Source: Rhizaria sp. SCN 62-66 (lineage: Eukaryota). Taken from it: a stretch of DNA of 64,000 bases. The translations under genes were made by a program, and so were the position numbers. The DNA lies in assembly GCA_001724265.1 (NCBI GenBank), contig MEDY01000101.1:1-64000 (forward strand), read 5' to 3'. Of the stretch, positions 12,201-24,907 are shown piece after piece; the stretch's first letter is position 1; every line of letters starts with the position of its first letter. The notes under the pieces are model-generated. The model did no database searches, was not told the DNA's origin, and worked only from the letters and a program-made list of their open reading frames with translations.

Positions 12201-15200
12201 CGCGCATGGGCCGCGTTAAGCGCGTGACGGCCGCGACGGGGCTGCCGATGACTGGCCAGCGCGCGCTCTCGCTGCTCTCGCACGACGGGCTGGGTGTGCG
12301 CTCCATCATCCGCTCCACGCTCGTCGGCATGCAGTGGCTGCTGGTCGACCTGCTGCTCGGCGGCCGCGTCGGCTACGAGCACGCGCGCCGCCACGCGCGC
12401 CGCGCGCTACAGCGCGGGCCCACCAGCTTCCAGTCGCACGCCACGTCGCCCGCAGCCGGGGCCGCTGCCGCCGCTAAGACGCTCAACACGGCCTGTAGCG
12501 CGGGTCCCCTCGCCGTTCACTTCGGGCCCCAGCCCGCGATGGTGCTGCTGCGCGCGCTCGCCGCGCCGGGCCCCGCGACCGGCCCCGCGGGCGTGGGCGC
12601 GCTGACCGCCGCGCTGGCGGTCCCGCCCGTGGTGGTGCCGCCGACAAGCGCGGCGCGCGACCGCGAGCGCGACCGCGAGCGCAAGGACGTGTCGTTCACG
12701 ATGCCGTCGGTGCGCCAGTGCTTGCCCGAGCCGCTGCCGCTAAGCGAGGTGCTCTCGCGCGCGCAGGCTGAGGCCGCGGACCGGTACGCGCGCGCGCTGC
12801 GCCGGGCGCGGTTCTTCGAGGACGTGGGCGCGATCGTGTGCGCGGGCGGCGTCGTGACCATCCGCGCCGAGCAGGGCTCGCTCTTCACGGTCGAGGAAGC
12901 TGCCGCTGAGGCCGCGGGTTTGTTCAGCGAAGAGCAGTTGTGCGCGCACGCGCGGCAGGTCATGGTCGAGACGCTCGCGCACATCTACCCGCTCAATGAG
13001 GGCGAGTCGCCCTTCACGCAGGCCGTCGCCAGCGCCGCAGAGAAGGCCGCCGCGCGCGCCGAGAAGGAGCGCGCCGCCGCGGCCGCCGCAGCAGCGGCCG
13101 CAGCGGCGGCGGCGGCGGCGGCGGCCTTTGGCGCGACGACGACCGTGACGGACGACAAGGAGGCCGCGCGCACGCCGCCCGCACCGCCGGAGGAGATCGC
13201 GGCCTCGCTCATGGCCGCCGGTCCGCTGGCGCCCGCGGCCGTGGTGGCGATGCACCACTCGATCATGGAGCGGCTCAACATCGACATGATGAACATGCTG
13301 CTCGACCTGCTGGGCGACGCCGTGCCCGAGACCGAAGCGCAGCTTGCCGCCTTCATGCACCCCGTCGCCTCCCGCGCACTCGTCTCGGCGGCCGAGCGGC
13401 CGCATCAGGTGCTGGCGTGCTCGCGCGGCGTGCGCGGCGCCTTCATGCGCTTTGTGTGGGCGCGCAACGGGCTCTCCCCGGCTGCCGCGCTGCGCTGGCA
13501 GCCCGGCGAGGTGACCGGCTGCGCCGCCACCGCGCACGGTTTCTGGGCGCCGCAGCCCGGCGCGCTTGTCTCGGCCGAGTGGGAGGAGGACCTCTGCGCA
13601 TTCGCGCGCATCGGCGCGCCTCTGGGCGCCGGCGAGGAGGACTGCACGCTCTCCGCGGGCGCCGCGGTGACGCTGTCGGCGCCGCTGACGGCCGCGGACG
13701 GAAGTGTGCACTCGGCCGTGCTGACTGTCGGACTGGCCCCGCGGCGGTACACGGCCTTCACCGGGCTGGCCGCGCACCCGGGCGCGCTCTTCTCGCTCTT
13801 CACGCACACGCTGCGCCGCGCCGTGCAGGATGTCGTTGTGCTGGGCGCGGACCGCTCCGCGCAGGTCTCTCTGCTGCGCGAGCGCGCGCAGGAAGAGCTC
13901 GAAGCCGAGGCTGTGCGCCAGCGCCGCACACTTGCCGCGGCCATGCGCCGCTCGCTGCGCACGGGCCGGCCCATGCCCGTGCAGACGCCGCTGCCGCAGC
14001 CCTACGGGGCCTCGCCGCTCGGCACGGCGCGGCCCGGACGCGTAACCGTGACGGCCGACGCGGACGAAGTCACGGCCACGTGGCGCGGCATCGCGGGCGG
14101 CGGCAGCGGCGGCGGCGGGCGGCGCAGCGGCGGCCCCCGCAGCGGCGGCGACGACAGCGACGACGGCCGCGCGCCGCCGCCTTCGTCCTCGGCCTACAAG
14201 CCCGCGTACCCGGTCGTGGTGGAGGAGGACAGCAGCATGCTCGCGGGGCCCTGGGCACGGCTGATGGCCTTCCCGGCGCCCTCATTCTTGCTGCCCAACG
14301 TCTTCCAGTACCCGCAGCACCAGGGCCTGCCGCCTGCGTGGTGTTCACTGCCCGGCGTGTACGACGACTTCCCCAACGCCGCGCTGGCGGCCGCGCTCGA
14401 CGGCAACGGTGCCGCCGGCCACGCGGGCCGCGTTGACTCACGCGCCCTGCTCACGCGGCTCTTCCGGCCCGTGCCGCTGCCGCTGGTGACCGCGCCCGCC
14501 GTGCCCACGTGCTACGATCCCTGGCGCGCCATGGCCCTCGTGCTCGTGCTCAGCACTGCGTCGGTCGTCTTCAACGCGCCCGTCGCCCACACCGTCTTGC
14601 GCCCCGTCATGCCCGTGCAGCAGCCCTTCCAGCAGCAGCCCTACCAGCAGCCGCAGCAGCAACAACAACAGCAGCAGGTGGGCGCGTGGCCGCCGCGTGC
14701 CTTTGCGCGCCCACCCTCGCACCCGACCAACCTCGCTGCCGCAGCCTCTGTGAATGCGAATCCGACCTCGATTAGTGGAGCGCACGGCGGCGCCGACGAC
14801 GCACCCGCGCCCGGCCAGTACGCGCACTCCACCAGCGGCGATTTCTCGTATCTGCAGCAGCAGCAGCAGCACGCGTCGCTGGCAGTGCACACGGGCGGCG
14901 ACACGATGCAGCTGCCCGCGATCCAGGCCAGCCAGTCTGACTCAGCGGGCGGCGGCGCCAACCTCAGCGCCCGCGACGGCGCGCGCTCTGCGTACGGCCG
15001 CGGCGGCAGACTGCAGGCGGGCGGGGCCGCGCTGCCTCTGCTGCCGCACCCGGTCGAGAGCAGTCCGCTCGGCGGGAGTCCCCTGGGCGGCAGCCCGCAG
15101 GACACGTCGCCCTTGGACGAGGACGCCGCGCTCGACAGCTACCCCGTCCACGGCCACGCCCACGGACACGGACACACTGTCAGTGCTTCGCAACAGCAGT

Positions 15201-18200
15201 CGCAGCATCAACGGCAGTATAGAGGCGGCATCGCCGGTCTGGGCATCGGAGTGCCACAGGGCGCTGGCGCTGGAAGCAGCATCGTCGCTGGAATCACACC
15301 GGTCACGGTGACGCCCGTGGACGCGTACGCGCCGTTCTCGCCCCTCAGCACCGGCAGCACACATACGCACAACAACGGCCTCGCCCAGAACGGGAGCCGC
15401 AGCGTGGGCGCAACGAGCTCCTACGCCGGCACCGGCAACGACTGGGCAACCGCGGTCGACGCCGGTCACAACGCGGGCGCGGGCGCGTCGCTGGCACCGC
15501 CGCCGCCGGGGCTGGTCTCGCCGTCGCGCTCACTCCGGTCTCTGGGCTCGTTCAGCTCGCTGGACCACCTGCGCACGCTCGACCCCTCCAACAACAACAA
15601 CAGTAACAGTAACGCCGCAAACCAGAACCACGGCAGCACATTTGGGAACCTTTACGCCGGCACCCGCGACCTGCTCGGCGACGACGACGACGACGGCGGC
15701 GACGGCAGCGGCAACATCAGCAGCAGCAGCAGCAGCAGCGGCGGCGCCGGCTTCGCCACCGCGACCCTGCCCGGCCACACGAGCCACGGTGACGCGGGGC
15801 AGATGGAATCGCCCCTGCTCGCGCAGCGCTCGCTGCTGACGCCGTACCTCAACTCGCTGCGCCTGCTCGCCGACGCCACGCGTAACGGCCCCGGCGGCGC
15901 CCGCGGCAGCCGCAGCAGCGCTGCCGTGGTCGTGGTCGGCGCGGGCGGCGCCACGCCCTTCGGCAGAGGCGACGGCCACACGCCCGCCGTCAGCCTCGCC
16001 AGCAACGCTTCCAACCCGCCCAACGGCGCCGCGCACGGCCACAACGGCCACGGCGGCTTCTCGCCGGGCGCGCTCTCCGCGGCTTACAGCACGCAGGGCA
16101 GCGCGCCGAACGCCGCGGGCGCGGGGGCCGGCGGCGCGGCGCTGAGCGCGTACTCGATGAGTCAGCACGGCCCGCTGAGCGTGGGCGACGACGACGACGA
16201 CATCGGGGTGCACACAAACGCGCATACGACGCCCTCGGGCCACTACGCGTACAGCAACAGCAACGCACAGCAGCAGCAGCCGCAGCATCTCGGCGCGCAG
16301 CCCTCCGCGGCCTCTATGAACGGCGGGAACGACCTGGCGGCGCAGCTGCCTGCGCTGGCACCGACTCTGGTGCTGGCGCGCTGGCCGGGTGCCATGGGCT
16401 ACTCGCACAAGGGGAACTGCTCCGCCTCGCACGGCTTGCTCTCGCAGCTGCTGCGGAGCAACGACCCCCTGGCTTGGTTCATGTTCTCGCACGGCGTGAC
16501 CGTGGACGTGTTCGATGTCCACCTCGACGGGCTCGAGATCCACCAGCCCGCGTCGGCGGTCGCGGGCACGCTCTACGCGCCGCCCTCGGTCTTCTCGCAC
16601 CGGCCCAACCTGCGCTACCCGGGCAAGGGGCTGCTCGCGCTGCTCAAGAAGAAGTACGCGGCCGACTACGACCGCGCGCGCGCCGCCCGCCGGGAGCACC
16701 GTCGCGAGATGCGCGCGCGGCGGCCTCCCAGAGGCAGAGGTGCGCGCGCGCTCAACGCTGACGGCGGCGTGGCGCCCGTGGATGGCAACAGCAGCACTGG
16801 CGGCGACGGCGACGGCGGCGTGGGCAGCGCGGCGGGCGCGGGCGGCAGCGAGCGCGGCGGCTACCGCAGCGCGCGGCGCGCTGGTGCGGGCGGCAAGCAC
16901 CTGCATGTGCGCGAGCTTGATGGCGACGGGGCCGTGAGCGGCGACGCGGGCCACGGGGACAGCTCGGCGGGCGGCGCCATGGGCGACTCGGCCGCGCCGA
17001 CCAACGCCGAGTCGATGGACGACGACGACGACGACGACTTGGACGTCACGACGGACACGGAGGCCGAGCCCAGCGACAACGAGGTGCTGGGCACCGAGAT
17101 CTACGACGACGCGCCCGTGTCCGACGACGACGGTGACGACGATGACGACGACGGTGACCACGACGGCGACGGTAATGAAGCCGACAGCCAGAAGCGCGGC
17201 AGCCGCAATGGCGGCCGCGACGGCGACGGCGACGGCGAAGGCGACGGCGGCGACACGTCGAGCAACTACTCTGGCCACGTCAGCGGCGGAAACGCGCCTG
17301 GCAGACGCCTGGCGCAGCACGTGCCGCGGCGCGCGCCCTACCAGCACATCGCGCACGGCCGCGGCGGGCACGCGGGCGGCAGCGACGCCGTGCATTCGGG
17401 CTCGCAGTCGTTCAGCGACATGGACTCGTCGCCGATGCCGCACTCGCGCTCCATCGCCAGCACGGCCCACGCCGGCCGCGCGCTCGCCGGGCCCGCGGGC
17501 GCGGGTGCGTTATCGGCGCTCTCGGCCTCGCGCGCCGTCCCCGCGGCCACGGCGGCCGCGGCGGCGGAGCGGGCGCACGCGCGCCTGGTGATGGGCGACG
17601 AGGGCGGCGACTTCGGGCTCGTCCACAGCAACAGCAACAGAAACAGCAGTGGCGGCAACACGAGCAGCACTGGCGGCGCGCTGGTGCCCGCGGGGGCGTG
17701 CACGCGCTGCCACTGCGCAGTGGGCTCCCCGTCTGCAGCGCAGGCGCCCTCGTCGGTGTCTACGCTGGCGCTCTCACTAGCGGTGCCGGGAGCGAGCGCC
17801 CGCGACAGCGCGGCGGCGAGCACGGCCCAGGCGCCCACGCTGGCGTCCTCACGCTCGGCCGCGCTGCTCACGGTTCCCGCCTACTCGGGCTCGGGGCCCT
17901 TCTCCGCGCCCGGCTCCGGCGCCGCCTCGGCCGCGCTCTCGGCCTCGCACTCCTCGGCGCACTCCGGCGGCGCCGCCGGCGGCTCCGGCGGCGGCGGCTC
18001 CTCGCTGGGCTCGCCCGTGCCTATGGTTGTCGCCGCCGAGGACGCCGAGTTCGCCTTCGTCGCCGCGCGCGGCCGCCAGCGTTCCGCCACCAGCGGCGGC
18101 GCGGGCGCTGCGCTCAATGGCGGCGTGGCTGCGGTCGGCGCTGCAGGCGACGCCGTCTCCGCCGCGGCGGCCGCGGCCCCCGTGCTGCCGGCCTCCGCGC

Positions 18201-21200
18201 GCGGCTCGCTGGCCGTCGCACGCACCGGCGCTGGCGCTGGCGCGGACCCGTGGGGCTCGTCCAACAACATCAACAACTTGACTGTGCTGACGCACAGCAG
18301 CGTCGGCGGGCTGATAGTGGGCGTCGGCGACCTGCCCGCGTCGCCCGGCGCGCGCTGCGGGCTGATGGAGGACCAGGACCAGGAGTCGCTGTTCGAGCCG
18401 CCGGAGCCGCTCGAGTCGGGACGGTCGCGCTCGCGCTCGCAGTCGCCCGCGGCGCGCGGCGGCACGCGCGGCCGTGGCGGCAGCGTCGGCACGGCGCGCC
18501 CCGTCACCTTCGCCGCCTCCACCGCCAGCGGCAGTGTCATTGCCAGCGCGAGCTTCCAGGGTGGTTTCACGCCGCTGTCCACCGGCCACGGCCAAGGCAA
18601 CGCACGTGGGGGTGCGAGCACGTCCTTCACCGGCCCCGGCCACCAGTACCACCACCGCGGCGCGAGCGTCGACACGTCGGTATCCTCGGCGCTGATGCCG
18701 CCGCCCGAGCCACGGCGTGCGCACGCGCACGCGCACATCCTCTCGCTGCAAGCGCGGCCGCCCGCGCGCGTGGGCTCGCTGTCGGCCATCGCTTCGGCCA
18801 ACGCCAACGCTCTGGCGACGGCGACTGCGGGCGCGGTGGCCGCCGCGGGCCGCCGCGCGCCCACCCCCGTGGGGCTGCGCCGCGGGCTCAGCTCCGCCAC
18901 CGCCACGGGCGGCTTCGCCGTCGCGCCCGCGCCCGCCGCCGGCCACAGCGCCGGCGCCGGCGGGCTCGGCAGCAGCGCGAGCGGCGCGAGCTTGGGCGGG
19001 AGTGTGGCGGGCGGCATGGGCGACTCGTCGGCCGCGGCCTCGGTCTCCGCCGCCTCGGGCTTGGGTTCGGCGACGGGCTCCGCGCTGGCCTCAGCCTCGG
19101 CGTCCGCGCGCGCCAACGCGCCGGCCGACTCGCTGCAGTCTGCGACATCTGCCGGCGGGACGGTAATCGAGCGGCGCGCCGCCGGGTCCGCGCGCTACTA
19201 CTCGCTGGCCGCCAACTACTACGTGGGCATCGCCGGCGGCGCCATGACCGCCACGCCCACCGACCTGGAGGGCTTCGCCACGTACATCGCTAACCAGCAG
19301 GCCGTCGCGGGCGCTAGCGGGGCCGCGCCGCCCGCCGCCTCCTTCACCTCGGGCTCCCACTCGCACTCGCAGACGCTGTCGCAGTCAGTCTCGACCCAGT
19401 CGATCGTCACCAGCAGCAGCATCAGCAGCGCGGGCTCCGACCTCGGTGCCGGCGCCGCGGCCGCCGCGCTCGCGCGCAACAACACCCACGTCGGCAACAG
19501 CTTCGCCGCGAACACCGCTGCGGGCTCGTCGGCCTCGCTGGCCGCCATGGGCTCGGGCGCGAGCTTCACGAGCTCGTCCTCGAGCAACTTCGAGTCGAGC
19601 GCGGCCTCCTTCTCGGCCTCGGCGCGCGGCGGCGGCGGCTCCAGTGGCCTCAGTGGCAGCGGCAGCGGCGGCGGCGGGGGCGGGGGCGCGACCGAGGCGG
19701 CGGCGCGGCACGCGGCGGCGATGGCCGATAAGATCGACGCCGGCGACCTGGACATCCGCATCCAGGAGGACGGCGGCGGCCCGCGCGCGATGCGCCCGCC
19801 CGGGGCGCCCACGGCCTCCGCTGCCGACGCGGCCACGCTGCTCCAGCAGCAGCAACAGCAGCAGTTGATGCAGAACGGTGACGTGGTGGTCGCCAATACG
19901 ACCCTGAGCCCGCTGTCGCCAACGGCCGCGCCCGCGCTGCAGTTCGCGCCCTCGCAGTCGCACTCGTCGCACTCCACCGGCTCCGGCTACGGCTACGGCG
20001 GCGCGGCGGGCCCCGCGGCTGCCCACGCCAGCGTCAGCGTCACGGCCGCGCCCATGAGCAGCTCCCCGCAGCCGCGCCAGTCCCCCGGCGGCGCCAGCTA
20101 CGGCGGCGTGAGTGCTGGCGGTGCCAGCGCTGGCGGCGCGAGCGCGGGCGGCGCGAGCGGCTCTGGCCCCGTGCCGCCGAGCATTAGCCCGACCGCGAGC
20201 TCGGGCCCTGGCGCCGTGCTGTCGTTCCAGGCGCCCTCGGTGGCGGCCATCCGCACCGCGCTGACCACGCCCGCCGTCGTCGGACACCTCTCGGCGTCCT
20301 CGGCGTTCGCGCACCTGCCCTTTGCGCTGCCCGCGCGTGCCGACCTGCTGCGCTACCTCTCGCGTCTGCTGCAGCTGCCGACTGTGTCCCGCGTCGTGCC
20401 GTTCGACGACCCGTTCTGCTTCTTCGACACGGCCACGGACGCGTCGCAGCAGCGCGGCATCGGCGCCTCAGGGCAGGTCTACCCCACCGAGATCGGCGAT
20501 GTCCCTAGCGCCAACAACGCGAATGACAGCAACAACGCCAACGCCTTCACGACGTCGGGCTCGGACTCGCGGCTGCTCGCCAATCCCAGCAGCGTCGGCT
20601 ACAACTACGGCTCCAGCAACGCCGGCGGCGGCAGCGGCGGCGGCACCAACTGCGGAGTGTCCGTGTTCATGCCACACGCGCCCATCGACCTCGACGTGCT
20701 CAACGCGCAGTCGCCCGCGATGCTCGTGCTTGCGCGCGCGCAGGACATCGGCACCGCCAACGCGGCCGCCGCGGCCGCTGCGGCTGCCGCGGCGGTGGCG
20801 GAGCGCAAGCTCCACTCGCTCTCGCCCGGCAGCACCCACAGCGCGGCACTGCTCAGTAACAGCAGCGGCAGCGGCGCGGGCGCCCGTGCTAGGGCCGCCG
20901 GCGTGGGCGGTGTGGCGATGAGCAATAACTCGCCCGCGGGCGGGGAGTGGACGCCGCACACGGCCCACGCCGCCGCTACGGGCAACGTCACTGCGCACGG
21001 GGGGAACGCGATGCACGACACAATGTCGGTCTCGTCTCGCACGCTCGTGCCGCCGCTCTCAAGCCACCAGCTGCAGCTCCAGCAGCAGCAACAGCAACAG
21101 CAGCAGCACCCGCAGCAGCAGCAGCAGGGTCTGTGCGCGGCTTGTCGCGAGCACGACGCCCGCCACGGCAACGGCAACGGCAGCGCACGCGGGACGAGCA

Positions 21201-22729
21201 GCGAGGGCGGCAGCTCCGGCAGCGGCGGCGGCGACATCAAGATGGTGCAGCAAGCGGCCTACGACGAGGCCACGCTGGCGACGTGTGCGCTCTACTCGCA
21301 CGTGTACCTGCTGCTGCTGGCGTGCGTGGGCGACCGCGCGGACGCCTTCTCGGCCGCGGGCGACGCCTTCGAGCGCGGTGTGTACGCGCCCTCGATGCCG
21401 CCCGACGCCGCCTCGGCCTTCGTGCTCTACGTGCTGGGCGCCACGCACCCCATCGGCGACGCTGAGTCACAGTTCCGTCTCGGCCTGCTCTACGCCGCGG
21501 GTCGGGGCGCGCCGCGGTCACTGAGACAGGCGCGCTACTGGCTCGCGCAGGCCGCGCTGCAGCACCACGCGCACGCGCAGTACGTGCTCGCGCGCGTCAT
21601 CGCCGCCGACGTGAGCTCCTCGGTCCTGAGCAGCTACTGGCACGCGCGCTCGCTCGCCGCGCTGGGGCTCCCAGGCATCGGTCAGGCTACCGGCAGCGGC
21701 GGCGCGGCGGCCGTCGTCGGCAGCGTTGCCGCGTCGTCGGCCGCAGCCATCGCCGCTACCAGCGCAGTCGTCGGCGGGGACGGGACCGTGATCCTGCCCG
21801 CGCCGCCCACGCCCAGCAGAGCAGCCGCTGCAGCCGCAGCCGCTGCAATGCAGGCCGGGTCCGGCCCCGCCGCGGCTTTCGGCGAGGACGACGAAGATGA
21901 GGACGACCGCGCGGGGCGCGACTCGGCCGCCGCGCTGCCTGCGCACGGCGCGCTCAAGAAGGCGCGCTCCGTCCCGCCCGCCATGCACGCCACGCTCGCG
22001 CACGCCAACGCAGTGGTGACCACTAGCGGCGCCGACGGCGCGGCGGTCGCGGTCGCGATGGGCGACGCCGACGGCGACGGCGACAGACCGGCGCACAACT
22101 CGGGCGGCGCCAACGGCACCGTCGCGAGCTCCGGCGGCGACCACATCGCGCCGCCGGTGTCGGCCGCGGCGCACACCGCGCACGCGTCCACGAGCGACGG
22201 CGGCGGGAGCGACACTGCAGTGTTGATGCCGCGGCCGATCCCGCCCGCGGTCTTCCGCCTCGGGCTCGAGCTCTTCTCGCCGCACGCACTGCAGGCCTAC
22301 GCGCCGCTCGTGGGCGAGATGGCCGAGGCCGTGGCGCTGGCGCGCGCGTCCATCACGCTGCCCTCGGTCGCGCGCGCGGTCGACGTCGTCGCCGGCGGCG
22401 CCGTCTCGGTCGCGCAGCTGCAGACCGCGGGCGCGCTGCGCACGGCTGGGCAGAGCAGCAACGGCGGACACGCGGGCAGCCTCGCGCCGGGCCAATCGAT
22501 GGCGGGCACGGCCTCTTTCTCGGGCTCCCAGGTCAGCGGCGGCAGTGGCAGCGCGAGCGTCGGGCCCACCGGCGGCGAGGGCGGCGACACCGAGATCTGG
22601 GGCGTGGAGATGTGCGGCGCCAACGAGATGATCGTGTACTACACCGTGGTGCCCGACGACGAGGTTTTTCCTACGCAGGGCGACGAGTTCAAGGAGTACG
22701 TCAAGCTTAGCTACGGACGCAGGAACTGA
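5395..22729 (+). CDS. Giant low-complexity protein of unknown function (about 5720 aa) with a C-terminal SEL1-like repeat
   Basis: ORFs 5395-8760 and 8804-22729 join in frame across an AT-rich intron at 8721-8892 (GTACGT...CCCCAG; junction TG|G = Trp, giving RDW-LTEL). GC3-rich codon usage is uniform. The SEL1-like motif GDAESQFRLGLLYAAGRGAPRSLRQARYWLAQAALQHHAHAQYVLAR lies at about 21455-21595. Confidence 0.85.
9188..9223 (+). repeat. Perfect (CAG)12 microsatellite encoding poly-Gln
   Basis: Read directly from the sequence. Further mixed CAG/CAA tracts occur near 9848, 10289, 14645, 19845 and 21080 in the same gene. Confidence 0.95.
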
Positions 22730-24907
22730 GTGCCAGCGCGCGTATCTATCCTTCGCCGCTTCAGCGTTGCTCATAGCCCAACCCTAAGTCTCTGTTAAGT
22801 CAAGTCTCAGCAGCGCGTGACTAATGTCGTGTGCGGTGCGATGACATCTCTTGATGTGATTAAATAATTAAGTCTGAAAGTATGTGAAAATAATCTCTTT
22901 TGTGTGTGTCTCAGATCTTGAAGCTTTTATCTTGGCCAAATGATCCGTATCTGTATCTGGGTTGTCAAACTGTCATGTCTTAGCCTTTGAGCATAACACG
23001 ACTGAGTCAATCTCTTTTGATTTCATCGTGTTTTATGTGCACCTGTGGTTCATTGTGTGTTTATTCTTTTACTTGTGTCGCCTATCATAACGTAGGTCAT
23101 GTGCCTAGATTGTCTGTGCAATTCTCTGTGTAACCTTCTTTGTATCTTTCTCTTCTTTTTTTTCGGTTTCGCTCGCTGTGTCATCTATTCATAAGTCAAT
23201 GGTGTCGCAGTCATTGTCATTATGTTTCATGTCTGTTGGTTGTTTTTGCCTGCTTTGTTCGGTTTACTTTAACTCAAACACGGCTCGTGATGCGTGCGCT
23301 CCTTGGCTACCTTGCGCGCATGCATCACCCTCCACTTTCCTGGCTTCCTCTCCTCACTTGTTTTTATTTTTCTCAAGCCCACGTATGCGTCCCCTCTGCA
23401 CGATGGTAAGCAGTGAGCACACACTAAACTAGACTCTGCTATTTCCGACTCCTAAACGACGCTACATGTTTTGCTCCTCTGTTTCGCTCACACTAACGCA
23501 CACGTGACTCGACGTGGTCGTAGAACACGTGTGTCTGTATTGTGCGTATCTGTGTCTTTGCGTCCACACCCCTGCTCTGTGTTTGCGTGCCTGTATGGCT
23601 TTGTCCTTGCGTCACAACTTTTGCTGATGCGCTCAGTCACAGTCATACTCACACTCGCACTCACAGCGATTGCAGCTTCATTTTGTTGGTATCGCCTTTG
23701 CAATCAGTCTTAGTAGCAGTCTCTGATAGTGATAGGAATCGTTTCAGTCTCACAGTCATCTAAGTTTGTTGTGGATATGTTTGTTTCCGACGGTGTCAGA
23801 GTGCGCAACCTCGCTCGGTCGTGCACTCGCCCCACACTCACGCATCCATTCCTTTATTCTTCATAGTAAGCTTATGTCTTATTTGTATGTTGTATAGTAT
23901 GGTTAGTATTCTTGTAGTATGTATGTTTTATTGTGTACGGGCTTCAGCCCCATCCCTCGAGTGTGAACATTGGTTGTGTTCCCCAGTGTAACCATGTTTG
24001 TTTTTCTCTTTCCTCTCTTCGTTCTCAAGTGTATTGTGAGACTTTTGCGATTTGATCTGCAGAAAAGACAAAACTTTGTATTACATCTTTTCACAACACT
24101 GTGAATGTCATATTCAAAAGTTGGTCTTCTCCGCTCTCAGTTGGTGATCACCCAAAACACGATCCCGACTCACTGATCCTCACCTCACGAAGCTCTCGCT
24201 CACAAAGTCATCAGCATTTTTTAGTAAAAACGGTACATCTTCGTCATAATTGCGACATACTATACTCCGTCCGTCATTCCATAGCTCCCCCAACACGCAC
24301 TAACGATGGTCTCTTTGTGCCTCACTGAAACGCTGCACAAGTCACGACACTCATCTCAACATACATACAACACGACTCATTTTTTGTCTCTACGTCTCAA
24401 TACTTTGTGAAATATGTGTTGTATGTCCGTATTTAAAATCTCTATCATAAACTTGTTTACTTTATCTACTTGTTTCTATTAATTTCATATGTTCTTAACT
24501 TCATTTTTGTGATATATTCTGATTGTTGTCATCTTCACAGAATTGCTAACAGGATTTCTGTCGCACGATTTCTGTCACATTCAAAAGCGTTAAAAACGAT
24601 AACACTGGTGATTATAAAAACGAGTAAAATGGACAATTCCCCCAGAAAGATAGAAGAAAACATCACACACATTAGAGTGTCATATGCATGTTTTCAAGCA
24701 CGTATCAATTGGGTTTGATTGCATGATACGTGCGAGAAAATCAATGATGCTTTGTGGTGCTTTGTATTGAACCTTCTAAATCTAGAAGGGATTTCACACC
24801 AAAGTCAACAACTATAATAATGTATTGGAAGTGAACTGCCACTTCTTACAAGCCACCTCGGGCCCTGGATTGAGTTTCGTAAGCTTCTGCTATCTTTGCT
24901 GCTCACT

